A stretch of 58,402 nucleotides of DNA, counting the filler, from Jimgerdemannia flammicorona (lineage: Eukaryota): the NCBI GenBank assembly GCA_003990765.1. It is 3 parts of 3 records of this genome, joined end to end, with 100 filler letters (N's around TTAATTAATTAA, not from the genome) between each part and the next. Parts side by side here need not be neighbours in the genome. Positions count along the whole stretch, not along the records: positions 1 to 19,404 come from RBNJ01001948.1; positions 19,505 to 38,904 come from RBNJ01001949.1; 1 more part is not named here. One strand, given 5' to 3'. The position numbers were made by a program, and so were the translations under genes. Under the pieces are notes generated by a model. The model was not told the DNA's origin and did no database searches. It saw only the letters and a program-made list of their open reading frames with translations. Shown piece by piece: positions 13,831 through 25,047 of the stretch (its first letter is position 1; each line of letters opens with the position of its first letter).

Positions 13831-14158
13831 AAGATAGCAAAAGTAGTTTTTTTTTGCTTAATATATATCTTTAGACTGAGATATATATATATATCAAATT
13901 AGAGGCTAAATAGCTGCTAAAATATATTAGTATCTTTAGTAATAAATTACTTCAAACAATTAATTATTATGTATTAATTAAAAAAAAAATTATATTTTAA
14001 CTAAATAATAATTTTAAAAAAATATCTAAAAAGTATAAAAATAGTTCAAAATAACTTAATCTTTATGAAATAATATTATTACAATACTTCTTTTTTATAT
14101 AGTTTATTATTATTACACTCATATATAATCTTATATATAAATAAATCAGATTATAGTA

Positions 14159-14602
14159 TATAACAATTTTACAGTTATATTCTAGTTTTAGTACTTTTTT
14201 ACATCTTTTCTTAAATATTCTACTATATTCTAGCATCTTCTAAATACTTAGAAATCTTCTCTTAGTATCAAGATATTTTTAGAACATTCTTATTTTTTTT
14301 TAATATTAAGTATCTTATCTTAGTTAGACATAGAACCTTTTAGAATATTGTAGAATTCTATTAGTCATCTTTGCTGAAAATCTATTTCTTGGCTTTTTTC
14401 TTCTTTTCTAAGATTCTTCTATATCTTTCTTTCAGATCTTATATAAATATCCTTATTCTCTACTTAAATAAAGCTTAGAATATTTTCTCTCAGAAATCCT
14501 TTGAGAATACTTAAATCTATAAGTATCTTTTTAAGCTATTTTAGATCTACTAGAATTATCCAAACTTAACTACTTTCTCTTAAAGAAACTAGAACTATTA
14601 TA
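14159..14602 (+). repeat. Solo LTR, family B, strongly decayed
   Basis: Reverse complement of the 7747-8209 LTR with TG..CA mutated to TA..TA; near-duplicated flanks ATAGTA/GTAGTA; no internal coding sequence adjacent. Confidence 0.8.
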
Positions 14603-15092
14603 GTAGTAAGTGAATAATATAGTTACAAATATTAATAGAAAGATTTTTTATTATTTGAAATTGAGAGCAAAAATACTATAAAGTAGTAAAAAATATCTGA
14701 AATAATACTATAGTAAAGTTTGATAATTATAGTTTAATCCAATAGTATGTTATAAATTCAAACAGATTTAGAAGATAATAAGGATCAAAACTATAATAAT
14801 AGTAATATAACTTAAAATAGTTATATTAATATCTATAATTATCTAAATAAAATAAGAAATTTATTATTCAAAAGCTTAAATACTATTATTAATAATTAAA
14901 ATTTAAATTTAATAGAATTTATATTTAAGCTATAATATAATTATATATTAAAAATAACAAAACATTATTATAGTTTTGACTATTACTGTATATCTAAATA
15001 TCTTAAATCAATTTAAGTAAATATTTAAGTAGTAATAGTTATTTATTATTTAGCTTAAAAGTGAGATATTTATCTTAAATTATTAGTTAAGT

Positions 15093-15512
15093 TATAATAT
15101 AGCAGATACTTAATCTGAAAAGTATAGCAAATTTTTTTATCTTATTCTCTTAACTCTTTTAACTCCTTAGAGTCTTCAGTAAGAGTATAGAGATAAGTTT
15201 GAAGTATATATATCTATTTATAAACTACTTAGTTATTTTCTTTTGAACTATTTCAATCTGAGGTTTATTTATATAAGTTTGCTAACTATATAGTAATTAA
15301 GTTATAACTCCTTTTTTTATAAGTTTTTTATATTACATATATAGATTTTTTATAATTACTAGATTTCTATATAAGTATAAGATTTCTTCATACTATATAG
15401 ATTGAATAACTACTAACTATATATACTATACTATATTTAGAAATTAAATTCAGATACTATAATCAAATTTCTATCTTCTGATTCTTATTTCTAATTCAGA
15501 TCAACTGTCACA
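15093..15512 (-). repeat. LTR, family C, decayed
   Basis: Reverse complement starts TGTGACAGTTGATCTGAATT, matching TGTAACAGTTGATCTAAATT at 6954, and ends with the same AAGTATCTGCTAT motif. Confidence 0.75.
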
Positions 15513-16567
15513 TTAGCTATATTTTTATTTATAAATTAAAAGATAAATAAACTTTATTTTAAAAAAAAAAAAATTATATAATATATAATATTATATTTTA
15601 GTAAATAAATTTATCTGTATTTTTAAATCTTTAACTTTATCTATATTTATCTTATAGATTATAGAATATAGACATTATATCATCTATTAGATAAGCTAGT
15701 AGAATCTTAGCAAAATATCTTTAAGAAGATACTCTAGAGCTTTCAGAAGTTTGAGATGCATTTAATATTTAAGTAGAAACATATAAGATAAACTTTGTTA
15801 GTGAGAAAATAGAGGAACATACCAAGGCATTAACAGACATCAGATTTATTAAGGCATTTTCAAAGCTGTAAAACTCCATATGAAGTGATCGGTCGATGAT
15901 GCAGCATTATGAATGCAATTTGCTTTGCATTCATGAAAGATATTTATGAACCCACTAAATTGTAAACTATTTCTTTGAATGCGCTTTCAAAGCTAGTATA
16001 CCTCTTCTGACATCGATAAAATTAGACTAAATATATAACTGAACGCATAGTGTTGCAATCGCGCAGTCGCGCGATACCTTCCCACGACCCGATCGCCTGC
16101 TTTTCCTCCCGCGTCCACTACCTGCGCCTCCACCTCAACCTAAGACATCCAGGTCGTCGAATCGCTCAAGCTCGCGCGTTCCTTGCGAAAGCGTGACCAC
16201 ATCTCCACGAAAATCTCCTCTCGGAAAACGCAGTCCATGGCTGAAGACCTTGAGGAATCGACTTGGATGAGGGATTTGTAAAGGCGGTCGAGGAACGCTG
16301 CAGTGGGATGAGTTTGGACGTCTTAACGGTTGCATCTCAACATTTCCGACGTGAAGATCAATTTGCGGATTTGAAAAATCCTCCTCTTTGTCGCGTGCTC
16401 TCCTCTTTGCATTGATACCCTGTACGCATTTGCAATCACGGCTCTACTTGTGTCGTTTCGTACATTCTGCGCATTGCCTCACTTCGACCAGGTCAATCAT
16501 AGTAAAGCAAACTATTTATATCAACATTTAATTATTAATATTAATATAATATATTATCACGTGATAT

Positions 16568-16640
16568 GCCTTCATGGCTCAGTTGGCAGAGCGTCTGCCT
16601 AGTAAGCAGAAGGTCACCAGTTCAATTCTGGTTGAAGGCA
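16568..16640 (+). tRNA. tRNA-Thr (anticodon AGT)
   Basis: 73-nt cloverleaf: acceptor GCCTTCA/TGAAGGC plus discriminator A, D-arm GCTCAGTTGGCAGAGC, anticodon arm TCTGC-CTAGTAA-GCAGA, T-arm ACCAG-TTCAATT-CTGGT, followed by TTTT. Confidence 0.96.
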
Positions 16641-17467
16641 ATCTTTTGATGATTTTTTCCCTAATTGGAGCCGAAGGATTTTATGATGGCTTTGACTTTA
16701 AAGATAACGTTCATACTCCAATCCAGGCGCACCCATTCGTTTCTTATTACCTTTTATTTATTACTTAAAAAAGAAACAAACAGTATGTACAAATAAGTGT
16801 CACGTTGTTCAGACGTGGCTGCTAGAACAAAAAACAGAAAACACCAAATAAAGGATCCAGCCGCTTTTCCTTCAATCGAACGACATAGGAGTACGAGAAT
16901 GAATGGTATGCGGAGGGAGTGAGTTTGCGTGCATGAGATATATATATATACGTGTGATAGGATCAAGGGTTGAGGGGGGGGCCGAGAGAAAGACGACCTG
17001 TCGCCCTAACGACAAAGTTCGAACGGTCCCTCGCCTATGGAGATCCTACCAAGGTCCCCCTGGCTCTGTAACGGCGAGCGTGGGATGTCCGGTGATTGGA
17101 ATGGGGGAAGGTTACGGAGTAACAGTTGGGGTGGTGATGTAGATAGAGCTGAGGAAAGACAAGAAAGTACAGAAGAGATAATGGAAAAGCAGGCAATAAG
17201 AGGAACAAAAGCAATCATGTAAAATTCTCTATGGTTCTTGCAAAACAAAAGTGAAAAAAAAAAAAAGAGGGGGGGAAGGGGTATTCCAGCCGGCCCCGCG
17301 GGGATTGGATCAAGAAGGTGAGGACAATATATAAGGAAAGGAAGAGGGGAGATGGACAGGCTGGTAACGGTTAGAGAGGGTATGCTGTTGTACAACATCA
17401 ACGGTGTTTTGCAAGAGGCAGAGGTGAAGGAAAGTCGACAGAGAAGGTACATGACGAAAAAAAGAAG

Positions 17468-17509
<42 letters not shown>

Positions 17510-17922
17510 GAAAAAAAAAAGGAAAAAAACAAACCAAAAAATGAAAAAAGAAAGAGAGAGAGGGGAGGAGGGAACACGGACACATCTAAATTGTATCTTC
17601 ATTTTTTTTTTCTTTTTCTTTTCTCTTTCTCAAGGATATTGTCATGAAAGAAACCGAAGGAGGGGTTTGGGTGCGAAAAGGTAGTGGTGACAGACATAAA
17701 GGGATTAGCTGGTTGTCCAATAAACAGAATAGCACAGCTATAAGGGATGTAAGCCGAAGTGAGCGGAGGTAACATGAGGCGGCAAGGGAGGAGGAGGAGG
17801 ATGCATACGCCCGATGCAGTCTGAGCAACGGAAGGATGAAGGATTGGAAGGGGTGCGAAGCCGCGCGGAGGTGCGCGGGGTGGGCCACACGAAGAGACCC
17901 AAGCACGAGCCGACAACCGTCA

Positions 17923-19373
17923 TTAATTGACGAACAAGTTGACGGTGTTTCCTCCGCCGCGGGCCTCGAACGCCATCTGGACGTCGTCGTCCGAGTTAAT
18001 GGTGATCATGTCCCCGTCCTCATCCTGATACTTGATGCGTAGAAGACCGGCGGTCGCACGCGGATCGCCGCACAGACGGATCTTCTTCTCGACCTTCTCC
18101 ATTAGATCCTGATACTCGACTTCCTGAGGAACGACAATCACGTAAATGCCGTCGAAGAAGTTGAGCTTCAGCTTGATAGACCCGGGCGAGTTGGGCGCCG
18201 TCGTGGAACCGGCCTTCCCATCCTGTTGCATCGCCGTCGAATTAAGTTGCGGGTTGGACCCAGAGGGGCGAACGGTAAACTGCTCGCGCATGTTGGAACC
18301 GTTGCTGTATCGCGAAGCAGAGACGCTGGCCTCCGTAGGGGCAGGCCCGCCGGTCGGGATGTATCCATTGTTACGCGGAACCTCGGGGGTCGGTTCCCAT
18401 GGCGCCATGCCGCTGTGGCCGTGGCCGTGACCGTTGTGACGATGGATGTTTGGGCTGCTCTGGGACCTAAGGCGCGTCTGGGCCGCATTGGGAAGCGGCG
18501 GCTGCTGACCGTTCTGGTACATGGGGTGGCCCATGTTCGCCTGAGAGGCCAGGGATTGCGAGTGGGTCCGTGTGGGTGCGGGTGGGTACTGTCGGTACTC
18601 TTCCGTCGGCGTCGTCGCGCCCTCGGGTGTCATCATGTATTTGAGGACCGTATCCGACAGCGGGGAAGACTGCTGCTCGTTGCGGGCCCACACTTGGTTG
18701 GAGCCGGAGCTGCTAGTGGAGGCGCGCGCGGAGGTCGTGGGCGAGGACGGGTTGGATGGCGGCGGGGAGGCTGGGTAGAAGCCATAGTCTGTCGCTGTCG
18801 AAATGGTCGTCGATGACGAGGAGTTGGTCCGCGGGAGCGGTGGGAGCGACATGCCACCGGGGAAGCCGACCGGGTGAGATCTACTGGGACCATTGGGCAT
18901 CGGCGGCGTTGCGGTCCTATGGTGCGACGATGACGAATACTCGCTGTCGCCCTGGGTGCGCGGGCGCTGCCTCACCGGTTGGCCATGCCCGTTGTTTGCC
19001 AAAGCATGCAACGAATTGCTCCGCTGCTTAGCTCCAGACCATCCTCCATCATACTCTTCTTCCTCATCGTAATTGTCCTCCTCCTCCTCCTCCTCCTCTT
19101 CTTCCCCACTCTCTATGAATGACGCTGCGTCATCGTCGTCGTGGTATACTCGAGGAGCAATGTTGAAGGAAGCGAGAGAGCCCATCGTCGTGTTCGATAC
19201 GTTGCGCCTGGGAGGCATCTGTGTGGCGTTGCCGTTCGACGACGGATTCTGCGAATCCTTGAGAAGTTTGTTTAGTGTAGACTCCCAGAGCTTAAGCTGT
19301 TCCTCATTACGGCATTTCAATGAAAACGATTCCATCTCGGAGTCGCGCCAGAACACCTTTAATGACCACACAC
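17923..19373 (-). CDS. CDC24: Cdc42 guanine-nucleotide exchange factor Cdc24/Scd1, last exon (PH-domain end, low-complexity linker, PB1 domain); upstream exons lost at the contig end
   Basis: 482-aa ORF: LKVFWR..ESFSLKCRNEEQLKLWE (PH end) and IKLK...IKYQDEDGDMITINSDDDVQMAF (PB1 OPCA motif); TTTTGTGTAG splice acceptor immediately upstream. Confidence 0.88.
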
Positions 19374-19404
19374 CTACACAAAAATTTATTATTGTTATTA
19401 AAAA

Positions 19405-19504
19405 NNNNNNNNNNNNNNNNNNNNNNNNNNNNNNNNNNNNNNNNNNNNTTAATTAATTAANNNNNNNNNNNNNNNNNNNNNNNNNNNNNNNNNNNNNNNN
19501 NNNN
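19405..19504. other. Artificial contig-join spacer
   Basis: 44 N + TTAATTAATTAA (stops in all six frames) + 44 N; identical to 38905-39004. Confidence 0.97.
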
Positions 19505-20559
19505 AAAAAAAAAAAAAAAAAAGAGATCGTGGTAGTCAATGCACATTCACAGGTCTCCTCTTTTTTTGACAACAAAGAGGACCGGTGCACCATAGGGTGA
19601 TACACTGGGTCTGATGAATCTTTGTTCTAGGAGTTTGTCAATTTCTTTCTTGAGTGCATCGATTTCTCTCAGAGACATGTGATAAATTGACTTGAAGGCT
19701 GGTTTGGTATCTGGGATAGTCTTGATAGTATGGTCTACCGCTCATTTAGGAGGTAGGCCTTTCAGGAGTTTCTTTGGGAATATGCCTCGAAATTTCTAGA
19801 GTAGTGGTCTGACACAGCTGTCAACTTTGAAAAAATCTTCTTCAGAGTTCTCAGGTTCTCCTTTGGATGGGCAGATGGAGATGATAAAGAGAGGGTATTT
19901 CTTGGCCAATTTCTTAAGTTGTAGCTTGTTGATGTGGGTGATCTTTGGTCCAGGGTTACCAGAATTAAGTGGGTCCTTTTCGTCTTGCAGTTTGAAGTTG
20001 TGGCATCCTTTCTTGATGGTCAGAGAATGGTTTATCCAATCAATCATGGGGTTCTCTTGTTTTAACCATGGAGTCCCAAGGATGATTTCATTGTCAGGAA
20101 GTGGTATGATTTGGAGAGTAACATGTACTCGGTAGTCACCAATTTAGAAGAGTAGATTGCGGACTTCTTTGCTAATAACATGTGAGGTTCCATCAGCTGT
20201 AGCAACTGCTTGAGTTTGCTGTACTGGAGAGGTGAAGACCTTGAGTCTGTTGGCTGTCTCTTCATTGATGAAGTTGCCTGAGGCACTACTATCTATTATA
20301 ATCTTGACAGATGCTCAGTTGACAAAAGCCTTAAGTGTGAGCAGTTTGTCTGATCCAATGGTGGTGATTTCAGTTGTAGGAACTTTCCTTCTATTAGTTC
20401 TTCTTTGTGCCAGTTCATTGACACAAGAGAAGCAATCATCAATTATTCGAGAAGAGTACATTCCAATGCCATGAGGGCATCAGCCACTTGGTACATATCT
20501 ATCTTCGATCTTCTTGTAGAATTGTTTTTCTTTGCTCATAGTAGGTTGGGCTGGAGCCT

Positions 20560-20975
20560 TATTTGATGAGCCAAATCCTTTAGATCCTCAGATGGTGGAC
20601 AGTAGTTCAGGGACTTCCTTGACTATCAGGATTGACTCGATTTTTTCGAATAGAATCTGAGTGATGTAGAAACCAATAGGGATCTTGAAGAGTGTCCAAC
20701 TGTGGTTTTGGATGAGGACAATAATTTCACCTGTATAATCCTCATCAATGACTCCTGCTCCTACTGAGAGTCCTTTCAATGCTAGGCTGCTGTGACAGCA
20801 TATTCTTTCAATATGTCCTTCAGGGATTTAGATACTGATTCCTGTGTAGACTTGTTTAACTTCTCGGTTGGAAACTGTAGCTTCTTCGGCTACATACAGG
20901 TCATATCCAGCTGCTTTCTGACTTCCTTTAGTTGGGGCCTTAGCAGTTTGTCTTAACTTGACAAAGTCCAGTATT
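20560..20975 (-). pseudogene. dUTPase domain of family A
   Basis: KAAGYDLY, SSLALKGLSVGAGVIDEDYTGEI, ITQILFEKI and C-terminal (R)GSKGFGSS motifs. Confidence 0.92.
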
Positions 20976-22997
20976 CTGGTAGTCAGGTTGTTGAGATGTT
21001 GCAGAGTGATAACAGTTGCTTATGTTGCTGTTCAGGGTTTTTGGTTAGAACAGGCACTGGCCATGTATCCTGTCTTTCAGCAATAGAAGTATGCTCCACT
21101 TCTTTGAAGTTCATTCCTTTCACCTTTGGTAAGTTTCTTAAAGGTACTTGGCTGGGTGGGTTCATAATTTCTAGGTGTCCAAGAGGTGGATATGGAGGGA
21201 GCTCAAGATCTTCATACTTGGGTTCTTCTTTCTTGGTCCAAGTCTTTTCCTTGTTGTTGAATTGTCTTTGGGGCAGAATTGGTCCAGCTGTTAGGATTCG
21301 CTTGACTATAGTCTTGATTCTTGCCAGGTACCATTATTGGTGATCACAACCAACTAGGCAGCCTTGTTCTTGGATTTTTCTAGTAAGCCATTCAGGCAGG
21401 GCATCAAATAAATGGTCTGCTCTTGTACCATTTCGTGCTTCATCATTGGCGATATATCCTAGGCCAACAGTATTCAGGAGTGACTCGAGTTTTGTATAGA
21501 AGGTTTCGAATTCTTCTTTGCCATGTACATCAAATTTGAGATTGCAGAGTTTTACTTGAGATTTGGCAATCATTGTTTCACTGCAGTATTGAGCAATCAT
21601 GAGTTGTTTAAGTCCAGGGGCTGCAGGATGGGCTCTATATCCTGGGGCATTGTTTGCTGCATTCTGAGCAACTACTACAGGTCGGGTATCCCATGTGAGG
21701 GGTTTTTCAGGAAGAGTTTGCCACCATTCTTCAGCAGGTCCTTGGAAGAATGTAACAACTCAGTGGATATAGGCTGTAGTGGTAGCAAAGAGTTGTTCCA
21801 GAGTGTGGTCTTGATTGTTTGTCAGAACATGATCAGCAACTTGCTTATTAGTCCATTGATTGGCTTCGAAGTTGGTGTCAACTATACTAATGAAGCTTTG
21901 GACTTCTTGTGCAGTACCATTGAAGGTAGGTAGGCTCAGATTTTTGGTAGATTGGGTCTGTTCAGCTAAGGCAGTAATGGTTGCTGCCATTATGGCTACC
22001 TGGACTGTGAGGTCTAGAATCTGTTGGTTCACCATATTGTTTACTGGAGGCAGTTGGACTGCTGGTAGTGGTGTTACTAGTACTACTTGAGGTACTGGTG
22101 CAGAGTGTGATGGGGTTCTTTGGGTCTGTGTAAGTTGCTGGAGTAGTAGTTGTGGGTCTGGAGTGAGGGCTTGATAGATAACTATTTATTGCTATGTAGG
22201 TGTATTCTGTCCTGATGGAGGTACTTCTCCTTCGGTGGTATATCTGGGATTGAATTCACTGAGATACTCCTTCTCTTCTTCAGTTTGGTCCCCGTGTAAT
22301 TGGGTTTGCTCGGCATCAAAGTAGACAGAATCAGTTGTATATCTGATTTCAGATGGACTTAATTCAAAGTCAAGTTCAGGTTTGGTATTGGTTTCAGATT
22401 CAGGTAGGGCTGTAGCAGGGCCTGCTTCAAGTTCAGAGTCAGGTAGTTGATGAAGGGTTTCTCTTGCTTCTTCTTTAAGAATATGGTGGGCCTTGCTATT
22501 CTGGAATTGGTAGTATAATGCGGTCTTGGTTCTGGTATGGTGAAAGTTGGTAGAGTTGAGCCACTTGGCTACAGAGGCTTGGGCTTTGTGAGGAACTAAG
22601 GCTAGAAAGACTGCTGCTGGTTATCCTAGGTTGCTTGGATTAGTGGAGCTGACAAAACTCTTATTGAGAAGAGTAAAGAAGGCTTCAATAAGATCTTCTT
22701 TGTCTTGACTTGCTGGGTATAGTGCAAGGAGTTTAGTGAATAGAGTTTTACCTATTTGTTGGTTTAATTGGAGTACTTCTTTCTTTGAATGAAGTTTGTC
22801 CCACTTGTTACAGGTGTGGAGGTCAAATTGTTCTTGTATGTCAGGTTCAATTCTCTCCAGATTGTCAGATGGTTCAGGATAAATTCCAGTTCAGAGGTTG
22901 GGCTTTATACCAACTTGTAGGAATTTGCAGAGGGGTTTATAGTGGGATGAGGAAGTGTCTTGAAGTAGAATTGGATTGTAAACTGCTGCTACCAAGT

Positions 22998-25047
22998 TAT
23001 AAGAGGGTTGCTATTTAAGATAACCATTATGTAGTTCTAGAAAGGTTTTCTGGAGGTTCTGGATATTCTAGAAGACTGTTTTCTTATAGTCAAGATCAAT
23101 TTCGTATGAAGTACATTCTCTATACTTATTGATTTCAAGATCGGGTTGATGTCTCAACCAAAGTCCTTTTTCAGACTAGTTCTGGATGTTCAGATTTTCC
23201 ATATTTCAGGAAGTTCAAGAAACTAAGACCAGCTTAGTTGAATTGGCGTATCGCTGCAGACAATACCCAATTAGGAAATTTCGTGATGGAGTTAGGAGCA
23301 GGACCTAACAGGGAGTGGATTTACTTAAGAGTGGTTTGTGGATTATTAAATAGGTTTATTTGCTATTCATGATATTGCTATACTAGGAGTAGTTGTGTGG
23401 AGGGATATTGTGGGAAAGTGTTCAGAAATGTTCTTGTATGTTCGAGTCTGAGATTCTGAGGTCTGAGGGAGGGGGTATTTATACTAGTGAGGGGCTATCT
23501 GGACTATGCTGAATATGGATATAGTACTAAGTACCTTACTGAGTCAGAATGTAATCATGTAGTATAAGTGTGATCTGATATGTTAAGAGATTATCTGACT
23601 GCTGAGTCAGTTCACAGTCATGTCATATAAGGCTAATCTAACTATACTATGACTGCTAGGCTATTTATAGGTTTAGGTACTGTCTGGGTAGTCTTCAATG
23701 ACATCATAATCAATTGTATCATCTCTGATAAAGTAGTCATCTAGGAAGAGTGGTTCGTGAATTACTTCTCCTTATTCACTGAGGTAATAATATATTGGAA
23801 CTTCATCGCCATCTCACAGAATAGCATTGTCTGTCTCATATACTGGATAAGGTGTTGGTGGGCAAAGGAGGGGTGCATCGTCTTCACTTTCATCAGATTT
23901 GCTGTCTGTATACCTTCTGTAGGTTATAGCACTATGAGTTGTAGAGTTGTAGTAAGCTGGTGGCTGTGGTTCATGTCACTCATACTCAGGTGGTGGAGTG
24001 GTTGGTTCAATCTCGAGGGTTGTCTGGAGGTACAGGTCATATTCTCTAGTCTCTTTATTATAGTTGAAGTAATTGGGAGTAAATACAGGTTGGTATTCGT
24101 ACCAGTGGTCATTATCCCAATAAGTCTTGTATACTGTTATAAATTATTGTAAGTTCATCAGTAAGATTGGTAGTGTGATCAGGGTTGGCAGAGATCCTTG
24201 ACTAGAGGTCATGTTGGTATCAGAGGGATCATTGTCTTCTACTTCGTCTTCATCGAAGTAGATTATATCATAGATGTCCTTCATGGTGTATCCAACTTGA
24301 GGCATTTGCAGAATATAATTATTGGGGTGTGAGAAGGTTCTGTCTGTGGTTTCAGCATACTTGAGGTACTTGTGGTTGAGTTCTTATATCATGTCGTTGA
24401 TTTAGCTATAGGACAGAGTAGCAACCATTTTGGCTGTGGTAACTCAGAGGCAGAGAATAATGGTAGAAGAGTTCTCGATATTTGTGGGTGATGAGCTTCT
24501 GGTGTTGAGACATCTGGGTGATGTCTGTATCGTGGTAGTATTTGATCATGTCTTCCAGGAGGCAGCTGATCTGGTAGTAGCTTGAGATTTGTCCAATTCG
24601 GTGGACCTCGCTAAGCATGTTCAGAGCATTTCATTGGGCTTCTATGAAGTAGAGGAGTACTAGACTATAGATATTCATGAGGGGCAGAGGGGGTGTGGCT
24701 CGGTTGACAATGGTATTCCAAATGTCAGCATGGATATGGGTTTAGATCTTGGTGGTCATGTTTGTGTGTTTGAAAGTTGTAGTTGTTATTTGTTTTGATT
24801 CTCTGATTCGACACATCTCAGTGCTTGGTATATATGTATTTGATCCTGATTGGTAAGATTCTGTTTGTGTAAATCTTGTGTTCTGTAACTTTGTATTGAC
24901 TCAGCTTTATGCACTGTGACTTCAGTTTAACTCAGCTTTGTAATCAAACAGGTAATTTCCAGATTTGTTCAGAGGTTGCATGTGATTTCAGTGGCTTGTT
25001 CAGAGGGTGACATATAATTTCGGTGGCTTGGAGGTTGTGCGCTTACA
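22998..25047 (-). repeat. Family A LTR (5' LTR, ~2.05 kb)
   Basis: Starts TGTAAGCGCAC on the minus strand, ends 3 nt before the PBS; homologous along its length to 1367-3417. Confidence 0.9.
23673..24759 (-). pseudogene. Second decayed copy of the LTR-embedded ORF
   Basis: Same ATG context (ACAAACATGACCACCAAG) and same end (..EDYPDST*); includes track fragment MLSEVHRIGQISSYYQ..; a few indels. Confidence 0.7.

Larger units (their letters stand above)
19522..25047 (-). mobile_element. Ty3/gypsy family A, 5' part (5' LTR, PBS, extended gag, dUTPase, Cys/His module, protease, RT start), decayed
   Basis: LTR 22998-25047; PBS TGGTAGCAG at 22986-22994; capsid-like LPTFNGT..VQSFI; knuckle CFYC*KTGYMASAC; protease IIDSSASGNF; RT start SP..APVL..KK near 19560; cut by the contig end. 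Confidence 0.92.

Noticed and set aside
15909..15934. 10-bp hairpin ATGAATGCAA/TTGCATTCAT as a Helitron end or terminator
   Set aside because: AT-rich stem with no CTRR terminus at the expected distance and no second copy.
16135..16335. 66-aa ORF in CpG-containing DNA upstream of the tRNA
   Set aside because: No recognisable motif or splice structure; cannot be supported as a gene.
16574..16768. 64-aa ORF
   Set aside because: Overlaps the tRNA-Thr gene; chance translation.
16900..17920. Poly-Lys/poly-Phe ORFs
   Set aside because: Translations of A/T homopolymers downstream of CDC24; no domain signal.
19405..19504. TTAATTAATTAA palindrome as a biological site; apparent TE disruption of CDC24 or the BEACH gene
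   Set aside because: Identical N-padded linker at both gaps; truncations and cross-gap adjacency are assembly artefacts.
1367..25047. LTR A copies as terminal inverted repeats of one giant element
   Set aside because: They are on different contigs; one is a PPT-preceded 3' LTR, the other a PBS-followed 5' LTR of separate insertions.
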